This document shows, piece after piece, positions 10,703 through 19,558 of a DNA stretch of 64,000 bases (positions within the stretch are counted from its first letter, which is position 1; every line of letters starts with the position of its first letter). The notes under the pieces were generated by a model that saw only the letters and a list, made by a program, of their open reading frames with translations, was not told the DNA's origin and searched no databases. Source of the DNA: Candidatus Krumholzibacteriia bacterium (GTDB lineage: Bacteria; Krumholzibacteriota; Krumholzibacteriia; LZORAL124-64-63); NCBI GenBank assembly GCA_050174015.1, contig JBFXKG010000002.1:160001-224000 (forward strand), in the 5' to 3' direction. Position numbers and translations under genes: made by a program.

Positions 10703-10909
10703 TTTGATCCTGACGTAATATCAAGTTCGACCGCGTTTTCCCAAAAATCCGCCGATGCGGACCGCCCGGGGCCCGAGCCCGAGTCGGAGGCCGGTGGCGG
10801 TATCGGATGGGCCGTAACTTTTCTTCCGGGGTCGCCATGGACCGGAAGACTGAATATTGCCGATACAGAAGCAACGTTCAGATGGATCTGAACCAAGGAG
10901 CCAGGAACC

Positions 10910-13861
10910 ATGACGGACAAGCTCAACAAGGAGAAAATGCAGGCCGCCGGGGACGGGGTGCTGTTCGGCGAGGCTGGAAGCCGCGCCGCGCGCCAAACGG
11001 AAACGGTCCCCGGATCGCCCGCCGCCGCCTCGCTGATCCATGAGGACCTGCTGGCCGAGGAAGTCGGCCAGACGCCCGGGAGCGCTCCCGGGGGACCCGA
11101 AGTCGACCCCGGCCGGCCCGCGTCCCGGACCAAGGGCAAGGGCATGGTCGTTCCCCGCTGGTACACCACCCCCGACGTCGATCCCTTCGACGCCATCGAG
11201 TGGGAACTGCGGACCGCGAGCATCACGAACGACAAGGGCGAGGTCATCTTCAAGCAGGACAACTGCGAGATCCCCAGCCGCTGGTCGCCCATGGCCACCA
11301 ACGTGGTCGTCTCCAAGTATTTCCGGGGGGGCATGGGGACCCCCGAGCGCGAGCATTCGGTGCGGCAGCTCATCAGCAGGGTGTCCGACACCATCAGCGA
11401 CTGGGGGGTGAAGGACGGCTACTTCGCCGGCAGCAAGGACGCCGAGGCCTTCCGGGCCGAACTGAAGCACATGCTGGTCAACCAGCTGGCATCCTTCAAT
11501 TCCCCGGTCTGGTTCAACGTCGGGGTCGAGAAGCGGCCCCAATGTTCGGCCTGCTTCATCAACAGCGTCCAGGACAGCATGGCCTCCATCCTGGACCTGG
11601 CCAAGACCGAGGGATTGCTCTTCAAGTACGGCAGCGGCACCGGTTCGAACCTCTCGAGCCTGCGGTCAAGCCGGGAGAGCCTGTCGGCCGGCGGCCAGGC
11701 CAGCGGTCCGGTCTCGTTCATGCGGGGGTTCGACGCCTTCGCCGGCGTCATCAAGAGCGGGGGCAAGACCCGCCGTGCGGCCAAGATGGTGATCCTGGAC
11801 ATCGATCACCCGGACGTCGCCGAATTCATCGACTGCAAGGTCAACGAGGAGCGCAAGGCCTGGGCGCTGATCGACGCCGGCTATGACGGGTCGTTCGGCG
11901 GCGAGGCCTACAATTCCATCTTTTTCCAGAACAGCAACAACTCGGTCCGCGTCAGCAACGAATTCATGCGGGCGGTGGAGGAGGACGGGACCTGGACGAC
12001 CCACGCGGTGGTCGACGGGCGTCCCATGGACACCTACAAGGCCCGGGACCTCATGCGGAAGATCGCCGAGGGCACCCACGTCTGCGGCGACCCGGGAATG
12101 CAGTTCGACACCACCATCAACGACTGGCACACCTGCAAGACCACCGATCGCATCCACGCCAGCAACCCCTGCAGCGAGTACATGTTCCTCGACGACTCCG
12201 CCTGCAACCTGGCCTCGCTGAACCTCATGAAGTTCCTCACCCCCGAGGGCGAGTTCGATACCGCCTCCTTCCGGCACGCCGTCCGGGTGTTGACCCTGGC
12301 GATGGAGATCATCGTCGGCAACAGCAGCTACCCCCGGCCCCAGATCGAGGTGAACAGCCACCGGTTCCGCCCCCTGGGGCTGGGCTACGCCAACCTGGGC
12401 GCCCTGCTCATGCGCCGGGGCCTGCCCTACGACAGCAACACCGGCCGGGACTACGCCGCCGCCGTCACCGCGCTGCTCAGCGGGCAGGCCTACCTGACGA
12501 GCGCCGAGCTGGCCAGCCGGATGGGAGCCTTCGAGGGCTATGCCGAGAACCGCGAACCCATGCTCGAGGTGATCCGCAAGCACCGCGCCGCTCTGAACAC
12601 CATCAACGCCAACCGCGTCCCCGAGAACATGCTGGAGGAAGCCGAGGTCGCCTGGCGGGAGGCCTACGCCCTCGGTCACGACTACGGCTTCCGCAACGCG
12701 CAGGTCACGGTGCTCGCTCCCACCGGAACCATCGGCTTCATGATGGATTGCGACACCACCGGGGTCGAACCCGACATCGCCCTGGTCAAGTACAAGAAGA
12801 CGGTCGACGGCGGCCTGATGAAGATCGTCAACAACACGGTTCCCGACGCCCTCGAGCGCCTCGGCTACGACGAGGACGAAGTCGCCGACATCATCGACTT
12901 CATCGCCCGGGAGGAGACCATCGAGGGGGCTCCCCATCTCAGGGAGGACCACCTGCCGGTCTTCGACTGCGCCTTCCGGCCCGCCAACGGCGACCGGTCC
13001 ATCCACTACATGGGACACCTGCGCATGATGGCGGCCGTCCAGCCCTTCCTGTCCGGGGCCATCAGCAAGACCGTCAACCTGCCCACCGAGGCCACGGTCG
13101 AGGAGATCACCCGGACCTACATGGAAGCCTGGAAGATGGGGCTGAAGGCCGTGGCCATCTACCGGGACGGCAGCAAGCGTCTGCAGCCGCTGAACACGGG
13201 CAGGAAGCACAAGGAGGAGGAGGAGGAGCAGGAGGAATCCCTGCTCGCCCCGCCCAAGCCCAAGCGGGTCCGCTTGCCCGACGAGCGCCAGGCCATCACC
13301 CACAAGTTCTCCATCGGAGGCCACGAGGGCTATCTGACGGTCGGCATGTACCCCAACGGCAAGCCGGGCGAGATGTTCATCTCCATGGCGAAGGAAGGGT
13401 CCGTGGTCAGCGGGCTGATGGACAGCTTCGCCACGAGCGTCTCCATCATGCTGCAGTACGGGGTCCCGCTCAAGGTGCTGGTCAACAAGTTCAGCCACGC
13501 CCGGTTCGAGCCCAGCGGGTTCACCCGGAACAAGGAGATCCCCATCGCCAAGTCCGTCATGGACTACATCTTCCGGTGGATGGACCTGAAATTCGGCGAC
13601 CATCTGGGCGACGCCGACGGCACCCTGCCCGACGGGGCGGAGGACGCCCACGACGTGAAGGCCGGCAAGAAGGAGGCAGCCGGCCTGAGGGCCATGGCCG
13701 CGAGCGCCGGCGGCGGGGCCAGCCGGATCACCATGGAGGAGAAGACGGTCTTCCAGCAGCAGTCCGACAGCCCGCCGTGCCCGGAGTGCGGGTCGGTGAC
13801 GATCCGCAACGGGGCCTGTTACAAGTGCCACAACTGCGGTGCGACGACAGGCTGTTCATGA
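10910..13861 (+). CDS. nrdJ: Class II (adenosylcobalamin-dependent) ribonucleotide reductase with C-terminal TSCPD and Zn-ribbon regions
   Basis: FNSPVWFN, QCSACFI, SNPCSEY, CNLAS, APTGTI and GAISKTVN; C-terminal CPECG...CHNCG and terminal TGCS. AAGGAG RBS. Confidence 0.95.
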   Translation: MTDKLNKEKMQAAGDGVLFGEAGSRAARQTETVPGSPAAASLIHEDLLAEEVGQTPGSAPGGPEVDPGRPASRTKGKGMVVPRWYTTPDVDPFDAIEWELRTASITNDKGEVIFKQDNCEIPSRWSPMATNVVVSKYFRGGMGTPEREHSVRQLISRVSDTISDWGVKDGYFAGSKDAEAFRAELKHMLVNQLASFNSPVWFNVGVEKRPQCSACFINSVQDSMASILDLAKTEGLLFKYGSGTGSNLSSLRSSRESLSAGGQASGPVSFMRGFDAFAGVIKSGGKTRRAAKMVILDIDHPDVAEFIDCKVNEERKAWALIDAGYDGSFGGEAYNSIFFQNSNNSVRVSNEFMRAVEEDGTWTTHAVVDGRPMDTYKARDLMRKIAEGTHVCGDPGMQFDTTINDWHTCKTTDRIHASNPCSEYMFLDDSACNLASLNLMKFLTPEGEFDTASFRHAVRVLTLAMEIIVGNSSYPRPQIEVNSHRFRPLGLGYANLGALLMRRGLPYDSNTGRDYAAAVTALLSGQAYLTSAELASRMGAFEGYAENREPMLEVIRKHRAALNTINANRVPENMLEEAEVAWREAYALGHDYGFRNAQVTVLAPTGTIGFMMDCDTTGVEPDIALVKYKKTVDGGLMKIVNNTVPDALERLGYDEDEVADIIDFIAREETIEGAPHLREDHLPVFDCAFRPANGDRSIHYMGHLRMMAAVQPFLSGAISKTVNLPTEATVEEITRTYMEAWKMGLKAVAIYRDGSKRLQPLNTGRKHKEEEEEQEESLLAPPKPKRVRLPDERQAITHKFSIGGHEGYLTVGMYPNGKPGEMFISMAKEGSVVSGLMDSFATSVSIMLQYGVPLKVLVNKFSHARFEPSGFTRNKEIPIAKSVMDYIFRWMDLKFGDHLGDADGTLPDGAEDAHDVKAGKKEAAGLRAMAASAGGGASRITMEEKTVFQQQSDSPPCPECGSVTIRNGACYKCHNCGATTGCS

Positions 13862-13930
13862 TCCCTGCCCGGCCCTGAGTCGCCGCGGACCCGTTTCGAC
13901 GGATCGACCATGAGGCAAGGGATTGCCAAG

Positions 13931-13972
13931 GAAACCCGGAGGGGAAAGGATTCCCCCCGGGTTTCTCCTTTT
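13931..13972. terminator. Hairpin terminator between convergent nrdJ and the peroxidase gene
   Basis: Stem-loop gaaacccgg(a)ggggaa-agga-ttccccccgggtttc followed by tcctttt. Confidence 0.7.
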
Positions 13973-14574
13973 CAGGGGGAGGGGGCTCCGTCGAGAGCCG
14001 CCAGGATCGCCTCGCGGAGGCCGGGATCGTCCGGGGCCGTCTTGGGTGCGAACCGGGCGATCACCTTGCCGTCCTTGCCCACGAGGAACTTGGTGAAGTT
14101 CCAGGTGGGATCCTCCAGACCGCCCGCGGTGAGATGCCGGTAGACGGGATCCTTCTGCTCGCCCTTGACCTTGACCTTCTCGAACATCGGAAAGCTGACC
14201 TGGAACCTGGTCGTGCAGAAGGAGCGGATCTCCTCGGCGGTCCCGGGCTCCTGGCCCATGAAGTCGTTGCTGGGAAAGCCCAGGATGACGAAGCCGCGGT
14301 CCTTCAGTTCGCGATAGAGCGCCTCCAGGCCTTCGTACTGGGGCGTCAGACCGCACTTGCTGGCGGTGTTGACCACCAGGGCGACCCGGCCCCGGTAGGC
14401 ATCCAGCGGGGCGGGCTCGCCTTCGAGGGTCCGGGTCTCCAGATCCCAGAGGATTCCTGCACCGGGGGCCGAGGGTTGCTGTGGGGCTCCGGCCATGACG
14501 CTCCGGAAGAAGAGGAGGCCACCGACGCCGACGACGGCGATCAGGGCCAGGGCGATCAGGATCAGCGGCTTCAA
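13972..14574 (-). CDS. Glutathione peroxidase family (Cys type) with N-terminal signal or anchor
   Basis: VNTASKCGLT, GFPSNDF..QEP and WNFTKFLV. TTG start after GGAGG. Confidence 0.92.
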   Translation of the reverse strand: MKPLILIALALIAVVGVGGLLFFRSVMAGAPQQPSAPGAGILWDLETRTLEGEPAPLDAYRGRVALVVNTASKCGLTPQYEGLEALYRELKDRGFVILGFPSNDFMGQEPGTAEEIRSFCTTRFQVSFPMFEKVKVKGEQKDPVYRHLTAGGLEDPTWNFTKFLVGKDGKVIARFAPKTAPDDPGLREAILAALDGAPSP

Positions 14575-14649
14575 GGGGTCCTCCCGGCTGGGGCTGGGGA
14601 TGATCAGGATAAACTAAGCCCGTTCCGCAGGTCCGCCACCGCTCCCGGG

Positions 14650-15792
14650 TCACTGCAGCCAGTGGCCGAGGGCGACGCCTATGAACGTGGCCACGGCGTA
14701 GCCCAGGGTGCCGCAGAGGATGGCCGGCAGCACCAGGGCGTCCCAGCGGCGGGCCACCGCCATGGCCGCCGCGGTGGTCGGGCCGCCCATGTTGGCGTTG
14801 GAGGCGATGACGATCTCGGCCAGGTCCAGCCTCAGCAGACGCCCCGCAGCCAGCAGGAAGAGCAGGTGGATGGTGAGGATCAGGGCGGCGAAGACGAACA
14901 GGGACGTTCCGACCGAGAGGACCACCCCGACGTTGGCGCTCGCCCCGATCACCGCGAAGAACACCTGCATCAGGAAGGCCCCGATGACGTGCGCCCCATC
15001 GAGCCGGGCGAGGTGACGGGGCAGGGCGGTGGCCAGGGCCACCGTCAGGGCGGTGACGACGAGGATGCCCCCTCCGTCCCATCCCCCCAGGGCGGCCAGC
15101 CCGAATCCCGCCCAGCACAAGCCGGCGGCCAGGGCGAGGGCCAGGGCGCTGCGGCCGATCTCGGGGAAGGCGGTCCCGTCGGGCAGGTCCCCCGGCTGTC
15201 CGGCAGCCATCGACCGGTGATCGCGACGTTCGAAGTGGCGGCGCAGGAAGGCCGATCCGGGCAGGGCGAACAGCACCAGGAAGTAGAGGGCCATGACCAG
15301 GTTGTCGGCGGCGACGCCCGCGGTCAGCAGGTCGCCGGAGCGCAGGCCCACCGCCTCGGCGGCGGCGGCGTAGTTCATCGAACCGCCGATGTAGGTGGCC
15401 GCGAAGACGCTGGCCAGCTTCCAGCCCTCCTCGCCCAGAGGAACGATCCTGAACGCGACCACGGTTCCGATGATGGTTCCCCCGGCGCCCAGGACGTAGG
15501 CGATGAGGGTGGGACCGGCCTCGCGCAGGATGCGCCTGAGGTCGGCCCGCAGCAGGAGCAGGGGGATGGCCAGGGGAACCAGGCGGCCCCAGACGGTGTC
15601 GTAGGCGGGAACGTCCGCCGCGGGGATGATCCCCAGGTTGGAAAGGGCGAAAGTGGTTCCCATGGTCAGGATGACTCCCGAGAGCCTGCGCCCCCAGCGG
15701 GTCCTTTCGCCCAGCAGGCCGAAGGCGGCGGCGCCCAGCAGGATCGTCCAGACGGCCCAGGTGTTGTCGGCGTGGATCAAGGGGTTGTCCAA
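14650..15792 (-). CDS. DUF819-family membrane protein
   Basis: Multiple TM helices with ATYIGGSMNY and SNANMGGPTTA. TTG start at 15792 after AGGAGG. Confidence 0.8.
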   Translation of the reverse strand: MDNPLIHADNTWAVWTILLGAAAFGLLGERTRWGRRLSGVILTMGTTFALSNLGIIPAADVPAYDTVWGRLVPLAIPLLLLRADLRRILREAGPTLIAYVLGAGGTIIGTVVAFRIVPLGEEGWKLASVFAATYIGGSMNYAAAAEAVGLRSGDLLTAGVAADNLVMALYFLVLFALPGSAFLRRHFERRDHRSMAAGQPGDLPDGTAFPEIGRSALALALAAGLCWAGFGLAALGGWDGGGILVVTALTVALATALPRHLARLDGAHVIGAFLMQVFFAVIGASANVGVVLSVGTSLFVFAALILTIHLLFLLAAGRLLRLDLAEIVIASNANMGGPTTAAAMAVARRWDALVLPAILCGTLGYAVATFIGVALGHWLQ

Positions 15793-15945
15793 GGCGTTCC
15801 TCCTCCTGGTGTTAGGGCACCATAGCAGACAGCCCCGGCCCTGGCCACGAAATCGCCGCTGGAAATCCGGCGGTCGATGGGGGATGATGGGGGGGCATTT
15901 CGATGGAGCGACGATCATTTCCCCCTGAGGGAAAGCGAGGGAGCC

Positions 15946-16491
15946 ATGATTCATTCCGCCTGCCGTCCGCGCCGGGTTCCGGCCGTCATCTCCGCCTGTC
16001 TCGTGCTGCTGATGTACGCGCCGGCCGCGGTCGCCCAGGCGGCCGGACCTCCGGACTGGAACCGCCAGGGCGACACTCTCGAGGGCGCCCTGGGATTGCA
16101 TTACGGCAAGCTCGGCGGTCACGGTCTGGCCTTCCGCCTGCCCCTGCGGTGGTACCTCTACGCCCAGGTGGCCGGCGGGGTGTGGCACACCGGCGACCAC
16201 AAGCAGCACAATCTGGGCTTCCAGTTCAACTATCTCCTGCGCCAGGATCAGCGCCTGCGCCTCTACCTGGCCGCCGGGGCGGCCTACTTCTACGACAAGG
16301 AACTCGAGGGCGGGGGCGGCGACCCGGAATACTGGCGACTCGAGGACGACTGGAACCTCGGCGGAGGCGTCGGGATCGAGTATCTCAAGGGAAACCGCTG
16401 GTCCATCCAGGCCGAGTTCGATTTCGTCCACGACGGGGCCAACGACGAGACCAAGCTGGTGCCCCAGGCGGGCCTGTACTTCTACTGGTGA
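15946..16491 (+). CDS. Putative small outer-membrane beta-barrel protein
   Basis: Signal peptide, alternating aromatic/glycine strands, C-terminal aromatic residue (GLYFYW). Confidence 0.6.
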   Translation: MIHSACRPRRVPAVISACLVLLMYAPAAVAQAAGPPDWNRQGDTLEGALGLHYGKLGGHGLAFRLPLRWYLYAQVAGGVWHTGDHKQHNLGFQFNYLLRQDQRLRLYLAAGAAYFYDKELEGGGGDPEYWRLEDDWNLGGGVGIEYLKGNRWSIQAEFDFVHDGANDETKLVPQAGLYFYW

Positions 16492-16643
16492 TCCCCCGGA
16501 CCGGCTGGACGATCCCCTCCCGGCGGAGCGCTGGGTCCCATGATCCGGACGGTCCCCGCGGTCCGGGGGGGGCTCCTCGACGAACCCGCCTTCCGTGCCT
16601 ACCTTGAACCGATTGCACGGCCATGGAGGAGGCGCCCCGCACC

Positions 16644-17921
16644 ATGCTGGATCTATTCTCGAACGTCGCCTGGGAAACCTGGCTCATCACCGCGCGGATG
16701 GCTCCCTACCTGCTGCTGGGGTTCCTGGTGGCCGGCGGGCTTTCGGTGTTCATCTCCCCCGTCTGGCTGGAACGTCACCTGGGGGGCCGGGGGATGGGTC
16801 CGGTGTTCAGGGCGGCTCTGTTCGGCGTTCCCTTGCCGCTGTGTTCGTGCGGGGTGGTCCCGGTGGGGGCCTCGCTGCGCCAGCACGGCGCCTCGCGGGC
16901 GGCCACCACGTCCTTCCTGCTCTCCACCCCCCAGACCGGCGTCGATTCCGTCCTGGTGACCTGGACCATGCTGGGTCCTTTCTTCGCGGTGTTCCGCCCG
17001 TTCGCCGCCCTGGCCACGGGCCTGCTGGGAGGGGCCGCCGTCCAGCTGTTCGTTCCGGATGAACACCGGCTGGCCGGCGCGCGGGACGGCCGGGTTCCGG
17101 TGCGGCCCGCCGGTCTTGCCGGCAAGCTGGCTGCCGCCTTGCGTTACGGTCTGACGACGCTGCCCGCGGACATCGGCCGCGCCCTGCTCATCGGCCTGGT
17201 GATCGCCGGGATCCTCGGCGCGGTGATACCCGCCGATTTCCTGGACGGGTATCTGGACCAGGGGGCCCTCTCCATCCTGTTGATGATGGTCGTGGGCATC
17301 CCCATCTACGTCTGCGCCACCGCCAGCGTTCCGGTGGCCGCGAGCTTCATCTTCCTGGGGGCCAGTCCCGGCGCCGCGCTCGCCTTCCTGATCGCCGGCC
17401 CGGCCACCAACGCCGCGACCCTGACCACCATCGCGCGCATCCTGGGCCGGCGGGCTGCGGTCATCTTCCTGCTGACCGTGGCCGTGAGCGCCTTCGGCGG
17501 CGGACTGCTGCTGGACTACCTTTCGCCCCGCGCGGGCGACTGGGTGCCTTTCCTGTCCGGGACGGGGCATCATCACGAACACGTGATCTGGTGGGAGCAC
17601 CTGGCCGGCCTCGGGCTGGTCCTGGTGATGACGCAGAGCTGGTGGCGGACCCGGCGCCGGGCCGCCTGTTGCGATGGGGAATGCGGGACGGGCGGAGAGA
17701 AGGGCGTCCCGCCGCAGGATCTGGAATTCACGGTCACGGGCATGAGCTGCAGCCATTGCAGCGGAAGCGTGAAAAGGGCCCTGGAGGAGCTTCCGGGGGT
17801 GACCGACTGCGGGGTGGATCTGGGCGCCGGGAGGGCCTGGGTCCGGGGGCAGGAGGTGGAATCGGCAGCCGTCGTCGCGGCGATCGAGGCCCTGGGTTAC
17901 GGGGCGGTTCCCCGGTCCTGA
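16644..17921 (+). CDS. DUF318/ArsP-type permease (SO_0444-like) with C-terminal HMA metal-binding domain
   Basis: PLCSCGVVP, STPQTGVDS, YVCATASVP and GPATN; C-terminal GMSCSHC. GGAGG precedes ATG 16644 (alternative start 16623). Confidence 0.85.
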   Translation: MLDLFSNVAWETWLITARMAPYLLLGFLVAGGLSVFISPVWLERHLGGRGMGPVFRAALFGVPLPLCSCGVVPVGASLRQHGASRAATTSFLLSTPQTGVDSVLVTWTMLGPFFAVFRPFAALATGLLGGAAVQLFVPDEHRLAGARDGRVPVRPAGLAGKLAAALRYGLTTLPADIGRALLIGLVIAGILGAVIPADFLDGYLDQGALSILLMMVVGIPIYVCATASVPVAASFIFLGASPGAALAFLIAGPATNAATLTTIARILGRRAAVIFLLTVAVSAFGGGLLLDYLSPRAGDWVPFLSGTGHHHEHVIWWEHLAGLGLVLVMTQSWWRTRRRAACCDGECGTGGEKGVPPQDLEFTVTGMSCSHCSGSVKRALEELPGVTDCGVDLGAGRAWVRGQEVESAAVVAAIEALGYGAVPRS

Positions 17922-17940
17922 ATCATCCGCGTCCCCGGGC

Positions 17941-19434
17941 TCATTCCTCGACGGGCATGTTGCCCTCGCCCAGGGGCAGGACCCTCACCCGCGATTCCCG
18001 GCGCTGCGCGATGCGGGGCTTGAGGATGGAGGCACGGACGACCGTCTTGGCGCCGCCGAGCTGGATGGTCGTCCCCGACCGGACCTCCTTCAGCATCACG
18101 ACCTCCTGGCGGGCGTCCTCGAGGGCTTCCCTGGTCATGGCCTGGATCTCCTGTTCGGCGGATTCCAGAAGGGTCCGGATCTGTTCGGCCTTCAGGCGCA
18201 GTCCCATCAGGAGCTTCTGGTCCTCCTCGGACGGGGACTTCTGCCGATCGGAGGCGGCCTTCAGGGCGTTGGCGAGCTTGTCCCGCGTTTCCTCGAGCTT
18301 CTGGATCCGGTCGCGGATCACCTTGACCCGGGGCTTGAGGGTGTGATCGACGCCGGCCACCAGGACGGTCGTCGAAGCCCCGCCGGCTCCCGCCTCCCCC
18401 ACCCAGATTCCCTTGCGGGCCAGGTTGTAGCCGCCGGCGATCCGGCCCTTGTGGACCAGGATCCTCCCGCGGGTCCGGATGTCCGAGTGGGTGATCTCGT
18501 TCGCGACGCAGATGTCGCCCTCCGCCCGGATCACCGCATCGTGGATGTACTTGGCGTTGAGGTCGCCCCCGATCTCGATGCGGTACTTCTCCTCGCTGAC
18601 GATCCCGCCCCCGACGGTCAAGCCGCCGCCGGCGGTGATGTCGCAGGGCTCGCACATGCCCTTGACGATGATGTCGCCCTGGGCTTCGACCGTCGCGCCT
18701 TCGAGGATGTCGCCCTCGATCTGGATGGTGCCCGTATGCCGCAGGTTGCCGGTCTCCAGGCTCACGTTGCCCTTGATGATGTAGACTTCGTCCACCGAGA
18801 GGATGCCGTCGGTGAAGCGGATGCGTCCGTCCATGGCGGCGTGGATGTGGAGGCCGCCCTCGGTGGGCTCCTCCCGGACCCCTTTTCCCGGGCGGATGCG
18901 GGCCCGCAGGGGTTTCTCGACGGGGATCTTGTTGTTGAAGACGCTCAGGCCGGGTTCCCCTTCGAGGGGATCCCGCACGAAGACCAGCAGTTCATCCTTG
19001 CTCACCGAACGATTGTCCAGCTTCTCCCAGAAGTCCATGGCCCCGGATCCCTCGTCCACGGCCCAGCCTTCGACGAAGTAGTCGCGCGACCAGATCAGGG
19101 CCCCGTCCAGCGGAGGGGTGGGCGCTTCCCCCATGATCAGGGGCAGGCCGCGCACGTCCTCGCCCGGGGTGCAGGCTTGCTGGAGCATGGAGGTCAGGAA
19201 CTCACGGTCGGGATACTCGGGCAGGGAGAGGACCTGGAACTCCTCGAGGATGCGGTCGGCGGTCCTGCCCAGGTCCGCCAGGGGGTCGGGGCAGTCCAGG
19301 ACCACGGTCACCTTGTCGTCGGTGATCCGCACCGCGAAGGTGACCGGTCCGGCGGGGCCGCCGCACCAGTCGGCGTCCTCGACCTCGGGATCCCGGGTCG
19401 CGGGGTCGGCAGTGGTGAGGTCTTCTGGGCTCAT
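17941..19434 (-). CDS. FapA / DUF342 family protein
   Basis: GNVSLETGNL, beta-helix-like GDI/GGI repeats and a C-terminal coiled coil, typical of DUF342. Confidence 0.8.
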   Translation of the reverse strand: MSPEDLTTADPATRDPEVEDADWCGGPAGPVTFAVRITDDKVTVVLDCPDPLADLGRTADRILEEFQVLSLPEYPDREFLTSMLQQACTPGEDVRGLPLIMGEAPTPPLDGALIWSRDYFVEGWAVDEGSGAMDFWEKLDNRSVSKDELLVFVRDPLEGEPGLSVFNNKIPVEKPLRARIRPGKGVREEPTEGGLHIHAAMDGRIRFTDGILSVDEVYIIKGNVSLETGNLRHTGTIQIEGDILEGATVEAQGDIIVKGMCEPCDITAGGGLTVGGGIVSEEKYRIEIGGDLNAKYIHDAVIRAEGDICVANEITHSDIRTRGRILVHKGRIAGGYNLARKGIWVGEAGAGGASTTVLVAGVDHTLKPRVKVIRDRIQKLEETRDKLANALKAASDRQKSPSEEDQKLLMGLRLKAEQIRTLLESAEQEIQAMTREALEDARQEVVMLKEVRSGTTIQLGGAKTVVRASILKPRIAQRRESRVRVLPLGEGNMPVEE

Positions 19435-19503
19435 GCCCTGCTCCCTGGGTGTTCCGGTGCAGGATCGGAAACGAGTCCTCGTCCCGGTCGTCTACAGGTC
19501 ATG

Positions 19504-19530
19504 ATATCGGCAGGAGACCGGGGACATTGA
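19504..19530 (-). promoter_or_regulatory. Sigma28 (FliA)-like promoter upstream of the fapA-like gene
   Basis: Minus strand reads TCAA-N15-GCCGATAT (consensus TAAA-N15-GCCGATAA), 70 nt upstream of the start codon. Confidence 0.6.
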
Positions 19531-19558
19531 GGATATAATGAAGACCCTTAGTCAGGAA

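Noticed and set aside
10375..10909. Cobalamin riboswitch upstream of the B12-dependent nrdJ
   Set aside because: I could not find the conserved B12-box or core motifs by eye. Only generic GC-rich hairpins are present. An Rfam scan would settle it.
10910..13861. Intein or intron in nrdJ
   Set aside because: The RNR motifs run continuously with no intein splice motifs or LAGLIDADG segments. The extra length comes from a low-complexity N-terminus and the C-terminal domains.
13972..14574. Glutathione peroxidase as a selenoprotein
   Set aside because: The active-site codon is TGC (ASKCG), not TGA.
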